Shown here: in pieces, positions 23,640-61,574 of the stretch
How positions within the stretch are numbered: the stretch's first letter is position 1
Layout: every line of letters starts with the position of its first letter
Program-made: the position numbers and the translations under genes
Notes under the pieces: generated by a model
Database searches by the model: none
Seen by the model: only the letters and a program-made list of their open reading frames with translations
Told to the model about the DNA's origin: nothing
Source: Lingula anatina
Taxonomy: Eukaryota; Animalia; Brachiopoda
Reading direction: 5' to 3'
DNA: 64,000 bases
Assembly: GCA_051362555.1 (NCBI GenBank)
Contig: CM120641.1
Coordinates: forward strand, 26,170,401-26,234,400

Positions 23640-26549
23640 TTTCCAAGTAAAAACAAAGAATATTAAAGTATGTAATCCTCATGTCAAAATGTCTTGGATT
23701 CTAATAATTGTAATAGGTCTAATTGCATATATAGGCAATATTGATGTTGTAGGTATATTATAAAACCATAGCATATGATTTATGAAAAAGGAGTATAATT
23801 TTCAAATAGCTACGTCAGCCACCATGCTATAAAACCTATCAATACAGTATGAACCTTAAAGACATGGAACCAGACCAGGTAAAATGGCATCAAATACAAA
23901 ACATTATATTATGTAAGAGAAATAAACAATTGAGTAGGGGAATCAGATTTTCAAACAACTATTCTAGGCCTTTTTTTCAAGGAAAAACGGTGTTCGTACA
24001 ACCTTTTGATAAGTCAACATTTGGTTTCCGTCCTTCCCTGACCAGAGAATTCCCTCTGTAACATCTTGGAAAAAAGCACTCAGCACATAGTGCAATGGGC
24101 AGGAATGTGGAGAAATTACTCTAGCTGTGAAGAGAATGGGCAATCAAATGTGTTCTTCCCTAAGTTTTTTTTATTATTTTATTTTTTATATGAAACTGCT
24201 ATGAACATGGCTTTATTTTGTGTAGTCAAATTGCCAGATAAAAAGCTCTCTACGCGAATAAAAATAACACAAGCAGATAGTCTGTATTTCACCTGTTCAA
24301 GTGTTTAGTTGACTACAAGAAGCTGCAATGTACTGAAAACATCAATAAATTGCCAAAGCATCCACGCCATTTTTATTGTCCACCAGAAACCACATCCATG
24401 AAATATCATTTTTCAAATTTGTATGATTTTACTGGATTAACTTTAGTAAGAACAGAATGGCCAGAAATATTCAAAATTGAGGCAACTTTTTTGATAATAG
24501 TTGTGATTTTACAGGGAAAGATAATTTAAAAAGAGAATATTGATTGTAAGGTGTAAAAAATCCAAAATTATCAACCTTACCACGTTTATAGCACTAAAGG
24601 TATTTTTAGTAATCAAGTATTCTTGGAATCTCAATTCAAAATTGTGCGATCAGCATTCAGAGAACAATCCACTTCAACAATGCTGGTTAGAACCCATTGC
24701 TGACCTTTGCTGGGGAAGGGCAATTTTCTGTTTTCCTGTTTTCATAGGTAGTGCTGTGATTAGATTTCATTACATGCTGTGGCATATTGTAGTTTTTAAT
24801 GTCCTACCTAGCTTTTTTTAATTTCTGAAAAAATATTATTGATACTATTTGTATTTGTGTGTGTGTGTGAAAATGTGTGATTGTCAATTTATTCTCTTAA
24901 TGAGCAGTTATCAAAACAATTCTAATTCATCAGATACGCTGGAGTTGAGTAAAAGAAGTTTTTGGCATTTTGACCTCATGTTATGTTGAACAGAGGATAC
25001 TACAGAGGGAATTTTGTGTTTCATAATTTGAAATTCATTTGTGGTAAAAATAGAAACGTATAAGGTGATAATTGTACCTTCCCTACTTCACATCTGGCCC
25101 TTAATTACCACTTATCAGCAACAATTCTTGTATATTTATATAGCATACTTCCAGAGTAAAATGTGAATGTACAATGATGTGGATTAATTTCAATAAAGCA
25201 CAGGATTTTTGTTCTCTCTTTGATATTCTGCAGTTTAGCAGATCATAACATTGATCGTTATCTTTTAGATCTTGGCAATTTCAGGAGAGAGGAGCCATTC
25301 ATTTTTACCTGGTGTTTTTTGATGAGCACCTGATTGATTTTAGCTTTCTTGCTTTCTTTGAATAAGCTGACCTTATTCTGTCAACAGCAGTTGTAAGAGA
25401 TATCAATTCTGAAGGATAAAAGTCGGTAGTGATATGGTCTAACAGGTCCTCATGGGTATTTTTGCAGAGGTGGTTTACTATAATATTTATGACTTGACAT
25501 TCATGACAGAGATGTTCACAAGGATTAAACATGTTTTACCTGTTGTTGCAATATCAGCGTTCACCTTATTACAACACTGATCATGTAAAACTGACAATGT
25601 CAAAATTATTTTGTCTCATTATCTTTATGAAATGATATATCTAATTATGTACGTCATATTATGGATTATTTGATTACTGTTTCTCAGGGTTCATTGTCAA
25701 GTTCTATTTTCTGTTTAATTGGAAAGAATAGGGTTATATATAGTTACAAACTAGAGAATTTGTGAGGTTTTAATATTTCCTTACTAGTAAGAAAAAAATC
25801 ATTAGAGTTTTTTTATTATTTTTTTTCATTTCAGTATCATGAAATATTTCATTATACATTTGTGAAAGGAACAATTCTAAAAAATTGTCATAGTAAAATG
25901 TTTATAATGTTTTAATTTTTATTAATTTTTTCTTTTCTTTATTTCATCAATCATGATCTATATTCAAAGACATTGTAGATAGGATATATGTCAATAGAAA
26001 AGGGGCTTTAAAATGAGAAAAGACACAATTCCAATGTACTCCTATAATCACAAGCTTTTTTCTTCACTACTCAATGCCAGGAGTCATGTTAGTCTCTTAA
26101 ACTGATTGCATTTAGCAAGAGTCCCTCTGGAATTGGTGCATATTAGCTAGGTAAAAAAAAAAATCATAGTGAACAGTCCCTATTATTAATACAATGTCTG
26201 CTTAGCCTGAACTTCAGATGCTTGTGGACAGTCTTGAGAACGGTCAGAAAACTAAAGCCTGCTCAGTCCTGTGTGACTTTGGCTAGTTCTGATACATGCT
26301 CTTTACTCAGGCCATGTCAGGCCTACCCAACTACCAGACTCGGCACCGATTGATCCTGAATTCGACGATAGATCGTACCACAATACCAGTTTTCAAGGTG
26401 TGTATCAGTACGCGCTTCTAAGTATCAGACTCGACGCCACTCTTGCCTAGTACACAATGTGATAGTGATGATTCTCAGTGGGGTTGGAAAGTAGTGCATC
26501 TCATCTCAAAATTTGTTCTGGGGTAAGATACTGTGAAATGCGTACTGAC

Positions 26550-29088
26550 AAGATAAGATAAGATAAGAGTTTATTTAGCCAATTATAAAAATCGGAAATC
26601 ATTTTCCTTTTGGAGCAATATACAGAGTAAAATAATAAAATAATACAATAAATAAATAAATTAAGAATTTAGTTTTGAGATCAAATTAAAATGCGTCACT
26701 GCACTTGGATAAAAGCTGTTTAAAAAGCGTTTACTGCCTTTAAAAGTTAAAAGTCTACTGTTGCTTGGTAAAAAAGTAAAAAGAGATGTTGCAGGATGGA
26801 AAGAGTCTTTCATGGTGTTGACAATTCTTTTCTCCATCCTGTCTTTAAAAATATCATCCAGCTTGGGGAGATCGTGCCCAATAATCCTGCTTGCAGTTTT
26901 TACAACGTTTGTTAATTTCTTTCTTTCCTCCCCAGCTGTTCCGCTATACCATATTATAATTCCGTACGCTAGAATGCTTTCAATTACACACCTGTAAAAA
27001 TTGACTAAAATAGGCACGCTATCAGTAAAATTTCTCAATGATCTTAAAAAATACAGTCTTTGCCGTGCCTTCTTTACACTCTTTGCGGTGTTATCTTTCC
27101 AGTTCAATTTACTGTTAAGGTGTATACCAAGTAGTTTAAATTCCTCTACTCTACTAACTTCAACATTACCAATGGTGAGTGGTACCTTTACATTCTGATT
27201 CCTTCTAAAATCCACTATCATTTCTTTGGTTTTAGCTACGTTCAAGATAAGATCATTACTCTCGCACCAGCTTAACACCGACTCAACAGATTCTCTATAT
27301 GTACTCTCGTCGTTATCAGTAACTAGCCCCACAAGCGTAGTATCATCCGCAAATTTCATGAGAAAAGTCCCGTCGCTTACACTAGTACAATCATAGGTAA
27401 AAAGGGAGTAAAGACAAGGTGAAAGGACGCATCCCTGTGGTGCACCGGTATTTAAGACTGTTGTTTTTGAGCTAAAAGAGCCGACTTTAACAGATTGTCT
27501 TCTATCTAAAAGAAAGTCTAAAATCCAGTCACAAATAAAAACAGGTAGCTTAAGATGGTTTAAAAGTTTCAGATATAGTTTTTTTGGCACAATTGTGTTA
27601 AAAGCTGAACTGTAGTCAATAAATAAAATCCTTGCATAAGAATTTTTGTTATCTAAGTGTTGTAGGACAGTGTGTAGGCACAGATTAATTGCATCTTCAA
27701 CATTTCTGTTAGATCGATAAGCGAACTGCAGTGGGTCCAAGGTTTTCGGCACAATTTCTTTTATAAAATTTAAAACTAATTTTTCTAAAATTTTCATGGG
27801 CACCGGAGTCAGAGCCACGGGTCTAAGATCGTTTAAGCTGGTAACTCGGTTGGATTTAGGTACCGGGATGATAGACGCCGTCTTCCAGAGCAATGGTACT
27901 TTGCGGATTTGTAGAGACCAATTGTAAATGACAGTAAAGACGTACGCAAGTTGGTCAGCACAGAGTTTGAGAACACGAGGTGAAATTCCATCCGGCCCAG
28001 ACGCCTTACGAACATTGAGACGCAGAAATTGCCGTTTTACTTGCCAGGGGTGAATGGTGAGCGGAACTGCTTCAGTATTGTCAGCTTGGGAAGTCGAAGG
28101 TAAAACCGTTGTAGAAGAACTATTGTCTTTATCAAAGCGTGCATAAAAGTCATTCAGTTTGTCCGGTAGTGACGCATCTCCTTTGTCTGCAGAGTGTTTT
28201 GAGCCCTTGTGGTTAGTAATTAAGGATATATTTGACCACAATTCCCTAGAGTTCTTAGTGTTAAAGCTTTCCTCTATTTTGCTTTTCATGCATTTCTTAG
28301 CCTCTTTGATCGCCTTCTTCAGTTGGAGTTTAGCTCTGCGATAGGTCTCTGGGTCGTTCTGTTTTTCGCAGAATGCCTGGTCTTTCTTCTTTATTAGTTG
28401 GCGTACGTTCTTATTCATCCATCTCTTGTCATTGGGATATCGGGTCACTGTCTTAGTTGGTATACAAATCTCCTCGCAGAAACGTATGTACTCCGTCACA
28501 GTCAAGGTGTAATCCTGTATGTTGTTGTCACATTCCAACACAGACCAATCCGTACACTCAAAACAGCCCTGCAATTTATCTATAGCTGATTGTGAGTAGA
28601 TGCTAACGTTATGAGTTTCGGTTTTCCCTCTTTTCAATTCTTGTTTATATGCTGGAATCAGGAGAATTGTGCAGTGGTCTGAATTCCCTAGAGGCGATCT
28701 CCTCATCGCTTTAAACGCTCCTTTGACTGGACAGTAGCAGTTATCGAGGGTATTTTTGCCTCTGGTCGGAAAAGTGACATACGAGCGGTAATTTGGCAGA
28801 ACAGTTTTCAAATTGGTCTTGTTGAAGTCGCCGAGAACAATGGATAAGCAATTAGGGTGCGAGCTTTCGTAGGAGTTAATGACCGATGACAAGGTGGACA
28901 TTGCTTTCTTCGCGTCCGCCCTGGGGTGAGTGTATACTCCGGTCAGCATAACACAAGAGAATTCCCTTGGCAAATAAAATGGTCTACATTTGATGGTTAG
29001 GTACTCTATGTCCGGGGAACATCGGTTACAAACTACACTGGCATCGGTGCACCATCGATCGTTTACAAGAAAACACACTCCTCCACCA
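26550..29088 (-). mobile_element. 5'-truncated non-LTR retrotransposon (LINE, Rex1/Babar-like)
   Basis: APE-endonuclease/RT ORF, short 3' UTR with AATAAA followed by a (TCTTA)3 tail, TGAC duplicated at both junctions (26546-26549, 29089-29092), and 5' truncation inside the endonuclease domain. Confidence 0.92.
26661..29088 (-). CDS. LINE ORF2-type protein: partial APE endonuclease plus reverse transcriptase (uninterrupted, ~809 codons, N-truncated)
   Basis: EN motifs GGGVCFLVN, LGDFN, TLDNCY, SDH; RT motifs KASGPDGI, LRPVALT, FIDYSSAFNTI, GAPQGCVLSP, KFADDT, FKLLGIHL. The apparent GTG start lies in the flanking MITE, so there is no native start codon. Confidence 0.9.
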
Positions 29089-29939
29089 TGACGCACACCT
29101 TGAAAATGGTGTGGTCCAATCTACTGGTAAATTTGGGATCATTCGGTGCCAAGTCTGGTAGTTGGGTAGGCCTGCATGTGCTCACCATTTCAACAATACC
29201 ATTTTCTTGGTAGCCATGTATGTGTGACATCTATTTTTGTAATATACTAGTTGCTATCAGTGCCCTATTTTTGTAGATTTATATAGACCTTTCCAGATAT
29301 GACAACATAATCATAAAGTCACGTGGCATATGATGTAAGGGATGCTTTGGTTACTGCTTAATCTGCCAAGAGTAAAAGTGAAAATTTTCACTTTGCTAAG
29401 TGAATGATAGCTGGTTTATATATTTTATGAGAGTATCGGGTAATTTCATAACATCACATTAACATCTAATTAAGAAGGGAAAGTTTTTGGAATCAGATTT
29501 TTTTTTGGGGTGTGGTGGGGTAGCAGAGTTCCAGGCAGTGCAACTAGTGATCACAGTATATCGATTTCATTTACAAGTTTATCTTCATTCAACATTAATA
29601 TATTTGCATGTGTACTTATATGGTGTTTCAGGCAGTTGATATAAGATTAAAATCCTTACATGTGTCGTAGGCCTTCTGCTAGGTATTGCGAATTTGCAAG
29701 AAGGTGCCAAAATAAGGTAATATACAACAGAGCAGGTATTTAAATTATATGTATATATTGATTTTTGAAGGCAAAAAAATCTTGATTTGTATGTCAAACA
29801 TCGTAACTATAGGTTAATGTGACTGTGTTTGACACTAGAAAGTTCTGGGGTAGATTTCACATGCTTAAAAAATTTAGCTTTAGAAACAGGACCCTGGTCC
29901 GCAGTTGACTTGAAAGTGACAGTAATGTAGTTAGACCAA

Positions 29940-30139
29940 GGCTCTATTCCCATAGATTTTAGATCGATCTATCCCCGCAGGGAGTCTCACTAGATTACTT
30001 TCAGATAATCTGACTTAAATGTCTGTCCCGCCTACTACAAGCTGTAAGGGGGTAATTAACTTTTGTGTCTGCATGGCTGACAGCTATTTAGCGTGAACCC
30101 CCAGGGAGTTAGGTCGACCTAATCTATGGAAATGGGGTG
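29940..30139 (+). mobile_element. MITE family A, copy 2
   Basis: GGCTCTATTCCCATAGATTTTAGATCGATC ... AATCTATGGAAATGGGGTG; TSD CAA at 29937-29939 and 30140-30142; small deletion near the right TIR. Confidence 0.82.
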
Positions 30140-32321
30140 CAAGGCTCTCCCCAGAGAGCTGTCCAGCCTTCATTTGGTCCACCATGAGCCTCAAAAGAAG
30201 GCCTGTATTTCCAAACATGTCTGGATGGCTTAAATGATTTTGGGGTTGGTTGGTAGGGCTTGCTTGGGTTGGACTCCTTGTAAATCGATGATCGAATTAC
30301 AGTTTCACATTTTGAACCCCCTGTACCCCAAATCCTGGGCAAAATCCAGAGTTGGACCAATTGTGACACCCTGGTTTCTTTTCAACAGATATCTTATTTG
30401 TACATCATGTTAATATTTAACCAAAATGTTGAATAAAGTAAACACAAAAATGTGAATGCCAACCATTAGGTACATTAAGTTAATTATTGTGGTTTGTTTT
30501 GTTGGAGACGGATCTTATGCCTGACAAATCTCACTTACTAGTTCTACTTAGACGATAGGCAAAAATTGAAATATGCCGTAATGGTGAAGGTCAGATTTCA
30601 TTTAGCTTAGATATATTAGTAAAGATATTTGAAGTTGAAGAAGCTGGCAGATATTTGATCTGAAGTTTATGTTATATTTGCACAAGCTTTTGTTTCAATT
30701 TTTTTCCTCTGTTCAGTGACTAATGATAGTGCCCATATTTCAGAAGATTAACAGTTCCCATTTGTCCCATTGATAATTATTTCCATACTCTGTGATATAT
30801 TTGAACAACAAAAAAAAGAATATATTCACAGCCAGATTCAGCTCAATGATACTTAAACATTTCACACTAACCTGTAGTCCATATACACTTAACTTTTATA
30901 AAAAGTGACAACACATTCATAACATTAGCATCAAAGTTTTGACAACTTTAATTGCATCCTCTGTTGTTAACACTAACTGATAATATTTCCAGTGCAATAG
31001 CCCATTAGATATCGTATCAACTCTAGGTAATCTGTTCATTATGTATGTTGTTTCACATTAGATAAATACCTGTAAAATCTTGCTATATTTCATTTCACAT
31101 CATTATGTGTACTGGTTTTTTTTTTCATAGGCTTGACTTTCCTGTTGGGTATCAGTAGGGAAGTTTATTTAACTACATCTGTAGGGGGCTGATTATGGGA
31201 AATGATGGACTGTCTGGCTGGAAGTTGGTGCTTAAATTTGGTGTTTGACAGTGGGTCAATGGGCTATGTGTTTAAGGAGACCTGTGAATAGCACATTATT
31301 GCCCACAGGAATAATAATTTTTTAATGGCCCAGACAACCTCAGTGTTTTCCTGTTTGGTTGAATGTAACTTATGCACTTTATGGTTATTTAATGACAACT
31401 TATTGTAGGAGAAAACCTCACCTGTTAATTGCTTTGAAATGGGATAGAATAGAGTTCTTGATATGTGTTTAGACTTTTGCTTTCATTGTTGGAGGCTTGC
31501 CTAATGGGCAACTAGTGATTTTTGGTTTTTTGGGTTAGAGCAATAAAAGATGCCCACATGGGATTTCAACAGATTTGTTTTATTGTATTGAAAGTGATCT
31601 TACAGGGTCTGTTAGTGGCACTTACACTTAGGAAAAAGCAAATGAAGATTTTCCAAGCATTAGGAGCATTTCTAATACTACAGTAACAGACTGTTGCTAT
31701 ATATCGAGTTTCATCCCCACCCCTTAAAACACAGGCATACATTTTAAAACTTTTCTACATTTGGATTGGTATCACACAATTAAATGAAAAGCTAAAGAAA
31801 TAAAAATTCAACAATGAGTCACTTTAATTTATGTTTTTTAGAAGCCAAATATTGATATAATATTTGCTCCTGTCCCCTAGATGAAGAAAATTTGATTTAT
31901 GAACCAGTTTGGGAATCAGTTGCTGCAAGTCTCTTTCATGAAATGTTATGATTTTCCTCTCTTTAAGGATCCCATTTTTTTCTCAGTGATGTAATGTAGG
32001 GTTCTGTGTTGTTCAATAGGTCATCTGATATCAAGACACATGGCTTATCGAGACCTATTGTATATTTTTGCCAGACCTTGAAGCCACATTTAAAAACACA
32101 CTAAAAAAAGCCTTTAGGAAAAGTGGAATTTTTTCACCTCAGTTAGAAAATTTGCTTTAAATTTGTAATAAAAAGACAAAGACTAAAAAAACTTCAATAA
32201 TATTGTTATTGGTTATTACAGTTATGATTATCATTATTATTATAGATCATCAATTAACAGATTTATTTTGTTTTTACAGAACCTATTGAAATGGCAATCA
32301 AAACAGAGTGAGCCTCTAAGA

Positions 32322-57502
<25,181 letters not shown>

Positions 57503-59943
57503 GGATTTGGAACTCCTACTGCAATGTTTGTCTTAAAGACTGTTGCATGGAATTTTATAAAACACATTTTTTTTACAGATTAATTCAACTTTGTCAATAG
57601 CAAGGCTGAAACTATAAGTGTTGACCTAAGTATTTTGATATTTTGGCATGTTGGAATTGCCATGCCTTGTCTCTGCATTATTTATCAAAAATAATGCCCC
57701 TACTGATAATCTGACTGGTGGATATAAAATATAATGGAAATAATTGTTTTAACAGTGCCAAAGACACTGAGTGTTTGCCGACAGCACTGGGTTATAATAA
57801 AAAATGTTGTATAAATGTGTATAATTTTAAGTATCTTATTTTCTGAGCTGAAAAAAAGCATGATGAGAATTTATTATAAAAACAGTTTATATGTTTATAG
57901 CATCTATTTAACTTAGTAAGAGCAGTGTTTCGTCATTCATTCCCCTTTTGTCACATTTTTCATTTGCCTTAGATTGCCTTTTTACTGCAGGAATAGAGAA
58001 GCAACATGATATTCCATGCTACTCCTAGAAGTTTGATTGTTGCTGATTTTTTTTTTCGTCTGGCTAAAGAAAAGCCAAAAATTTAGGGGTTTATCCCCCC
58101 CAATATATGCCTGTAGTATGAAAGTAAGTTATTTGCTTTGAATGAAACACACTAGGTAAACTGACCTCAGTAGTTGTATCAGTCATTACAATGTTAATCA
58201 AAGATGAGGCTAAATATGTGCAATCAGTGAATACCGTAATACTGGCTTCGTTTGGGATTTTTATATCATGTTTTTTAGTGAAATTTATTTGTAAAAATCT
58301 AATACTAAGCTAAGTATATTTTAAGTGTGTAGCGGTTGTATTTAAGGGTGCCAACTTGTACAGGTAACCCCAAAGTTACAATAGAGAGGCTCATGCTTCA
58401 TGTTTGTACTATATACAACTTCACTAAGCTTTACTGCACACCATGGAGAAGAGAAAACAAACATATTAAAGAAGTAAAAGAAATATATTCCCATTTACAA
58501 AAGAAGTGTCAAATTAATTCACCTATTTTTGTATCTGTATGTCTATGGTGTTCTTTGTCTCCAGATATTGCAGGTATTGTGATAACATTGTGCTTTGTGA
58601 TAGATGTATATAGATAGAAATATATATATATATAATGCACACAGCAGAAGAGGAAGGCAATCAGTGATTGAGATTGTTGTCATACTTGGACATTGTTATG
58701 GAATTTTACATGCAGAGCTTTACTAATGACCTAATTAAAGAAAAGATGGATGTACGGTAGTGACAGTGGAGAAATGTTTTAAAGTTAAAATTGGATATAG
58801 GTTAAGCACATAATGCATAATAATGTATTTGCTGCTTTTAGATATGTCTTATAACAATTTTTTTTGTAAAACTGCCATTTTGCATTTGATATATAGTGTT
58901 ACTGATTATACGTATGGAAAAGAGATTCTTACATGTAGAGTCATGTATAATGAAATGAGCATTCTATTGTTAAGGTTTTTAGTGTACTTGTTGTGGATAC
59001 TCTTGGTATTGCAACATTATCAAATTTGCAATATTTTCCTTATTTTTTTGTGGAGAAAAAATTATATATTACTCAAACCAATTAAAAGTTTAATTTTATG
59101 AACTTCAGTTTTAGTATGTGGTTGATCACACATAAACATTTGCCAAATAGTCATTTTCCCCAAAGACTGAATACATTCCAAATATGAGCACCTATAAAAT
59201 ACTGCAAGTACAGCTGCATGTTCTTCAGTGTCTGTGAGGGCTATGCACTCATGCAACGAGAAGTTTGCAATTTAGCAATTTCAGCCTTCACACTGGGTGC
59301 TTGATCTTTTGCATCATTGACATTTGAGCTCGAGTTAAAAGTCAAAAACTTTCCAAGTGCAATTAGACTTGTGTTCTACAATTTCCAAGTGCAGTATGCT
59401 ATTCAACCACTCTTCAGTGGGACCAGTTGCCTTTGCATACAACTTTGACTGTCTCCAACTTCAGCTGCCACTTGATTTTTTTATGCTCATTTTTTTCAGC
59501 ATATTATACAATAATGCCATACAGATAACATCTTAAACATACAGGATTGATGAACATAATTACTAAAATTATGGCCAAATTTAAAAGTGGATTTTTCTGA
59601 TCAGTTTTTTTCTGCATTCTGTTGTATGCATCCTTGATAGCATTATTAATCTAGAGCCCCTTGACTTACCATCTTGATGTACTTAAAGGAACATTTCAGT
59701 GTGTAAAAGCATCTGTTTTGTAATACATGGGTGCAATGGCTGGTCAGTCTTTAATGGTCCCTTGTTTATAATTGTTAAACACTTGCCACAATAAATCTCA
59801 GGTCTCTAGCATATGTGGCAGAAATATTATTAGTAACACTTAATTAATATTTTACTACACTATACTTGTACATGTGTACAGATGTGCCCCAAACAATCAG
59901 CATCTTCCAGTCTGACCTTTGTTTCTATTTATCATTGCAAAAC

Positions 59944-61071
59944 CTAATCTGAAATGTGAAAAGCAATGATATTGTACATCCAGTCCAACAACTGGATAAA
60001 GTTGCCAATATTGAACATGTGGTCAGGGTTGGCTTGATTAAGGGTAACTAATGATTCACGAGTCTGCCACACATCCATTGTATCATGGTTCTTCAACAAC
60101 ACCATCAAGTGCCACTTGATTGGAGACAGGACAATTCCAAAATGAAATTTCTGCCCATGCATTTGGGACAGCATTTGTTTCATACAATGTACAACACCTA
60201 AATCAAAATTATCTGCACTCCGTTTACATTCGACACTGAGGATAAATAATTGTTCATATTTGTGGTAAATGACGACATCTGGCACAACAATGCCTGGTTT
60301 TTGTGAAGGAAGTGAGAGCTCTGAGGAATGGGGTGAACCGAGTTCTTCTTGCTGCTGCCATGGTGCTGTGTGTGTAGCGGTACGTACCACAGAATTCGTG
60401 ATGGATGTTGGAAAAGGCTCATCTACAAGGAAGTCAGGTGCAGGAAGGATTTTAATGATGTAGTCACAGATATGATGCAGGAATTTTTTTATGTCGCCGT
60501 TCATGAAGTCGGACATAAAAGCATTAGCCAGCAAGTCCCACACCAACTCCAGCGGGTCTGAAACAAAACAAGTTAAATTTAATATTGAAGTAATATTTGC
60601 TGTCTTAAATATGTAGTAAAAGTTCATATTAATGGAATCAACCTTACCCAGACATTTTTGTAATGGTATTTGTAGTGGGAATATAGTCAAGATTCAGGCC
60701 CCTTAGAGAAACCTTGCCCTATTCCCAGGTAACCAACCTCCTTCATCCAAAATGACTTCTTCTGTGCATTTCCATGGGCTTCCTGCTGTATTTTTTTCAG
60801 GCCTCGTGTATTTTGCTTGTTCTAGAAGTTGGCGCAGCCTTGACCAGTCACATGATTTGGTGGTGTTAAATTTTCCCAATTGTCTCACCTTAGCAAGCAT
60901 ATCTGAACGATCGTCGATGGTATTCAGTATTTTGAAACTGGATTTTTTACCCACCAGATTGACAAAAGTAACATTATGGGGGAATTGTTGATCCCAACGC
61001 TGGTCAAATTCTGAATCACTTGATGGCATATCCAGCTCAACCACATAATTTTTGTATTCACGAGCCCACTC
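59944..61071 (-). CDS. Uncharacterised spliced protein (at least 301 aa) with a C-terminal PD-(D/E)XK restriction-endonuclease-like domain
   Basis: Two phase-compatible exons: 60738-61071 (acceptor ttactttcag, donor GGAG|GTTGGT) and 59944-60557 (acceptor tttgtttcag, ends TAG). First in-frame ATG at 61029; upstream exon(s) not identified. Motif VVPDVVIY-x8-LSVECKR-x12-KQM-x8-HFGIVLSPIKW followed by a terminal amphipathic helix. Confidence 0.72.
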
Positions 61072-61561
61072 CTGAAAGTAATAATTAATGAACTAGACAG
61101 CAAAGCTGGCAAATATACAGACACCATACAGTAAACAAGGCAGCAAAAGTGAGAAATGTTCAGACATTACACAGAAAAAAGTGCACCAAATAATGTTTTG
61201 ACCTATTCTGATGTACTGTTACATAATGATTTGAAACAGCATAATCACTTTTACCCTCTTACACTATGTACTACTGTACACGTAGCAATAGCATGGACAT
61301 CGAAAAACTAGCAAGTGATTCAGTTCCATGGGATATATAAGCCACTCAAACTGCTAATGTGTGCAAAAAAATTTTTTTTAAATAAAAACAATAATAATTA
61401 CTGTAAATGTAAACCAATCAGGCTGGTTTTCAAAAGTAACTTGCCTCTTTACCAAACAAAACTACTTATAAAATTTAAAGTTAAACAAAAATACGGTTTG
61501 GTAGTTATGGGGTGAACGTCATGTGTCAGACAGCGACAGCAACACAAACACCATGAACCCA

Positions 61562-61574
61562 GGGTCAAAGGTCA
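61562..61574 (+). promoter_or_regulatory. Perfect DR1 nuclear-receptor element GGGTCA-A-AGGTCA
   Basis: Exact match to the DR1 consensus (COUP-TF/HNF4/RXR type), ~0.5 kb upstream of the REase-fold gene's first visible exon. Function not shown. Confidence 0.35.

Larger units (their letters stand above)
26318..29174. mobile_element. MITE family B (~314 bp when empty; ~100-bp TIRs, 5-bp TSD CATGT), split by a LINE insertion
   Basis: Left arm 26318-26549 starts CAGGCCTACCCAACTACCAGACTCGGCACCGA; right arm 29093-29174 ends TCGGTGCCAAGTCTGGTAGTTGGGTAGGCCTG (its reverse complement). CATGT flanks both ends (26313-26317, 29175-29179). CAG termini plus a 5-bp TSD suggest hAT5-like, by inference only. 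Confidence 0.85.

Noticed and set aside
30150-30373. GC-richer segment ending GTGACACCCTG (hAT-like terminus)
   Set aside because: No matching opposite TIR or TSD found, and single copy in the window.
60558-60690. N-terminal 44 aa of the 248-aa ORF
   Set aside because: Intronic; the acceptor at 60558-60559 joins in phase to the 60738 donor.
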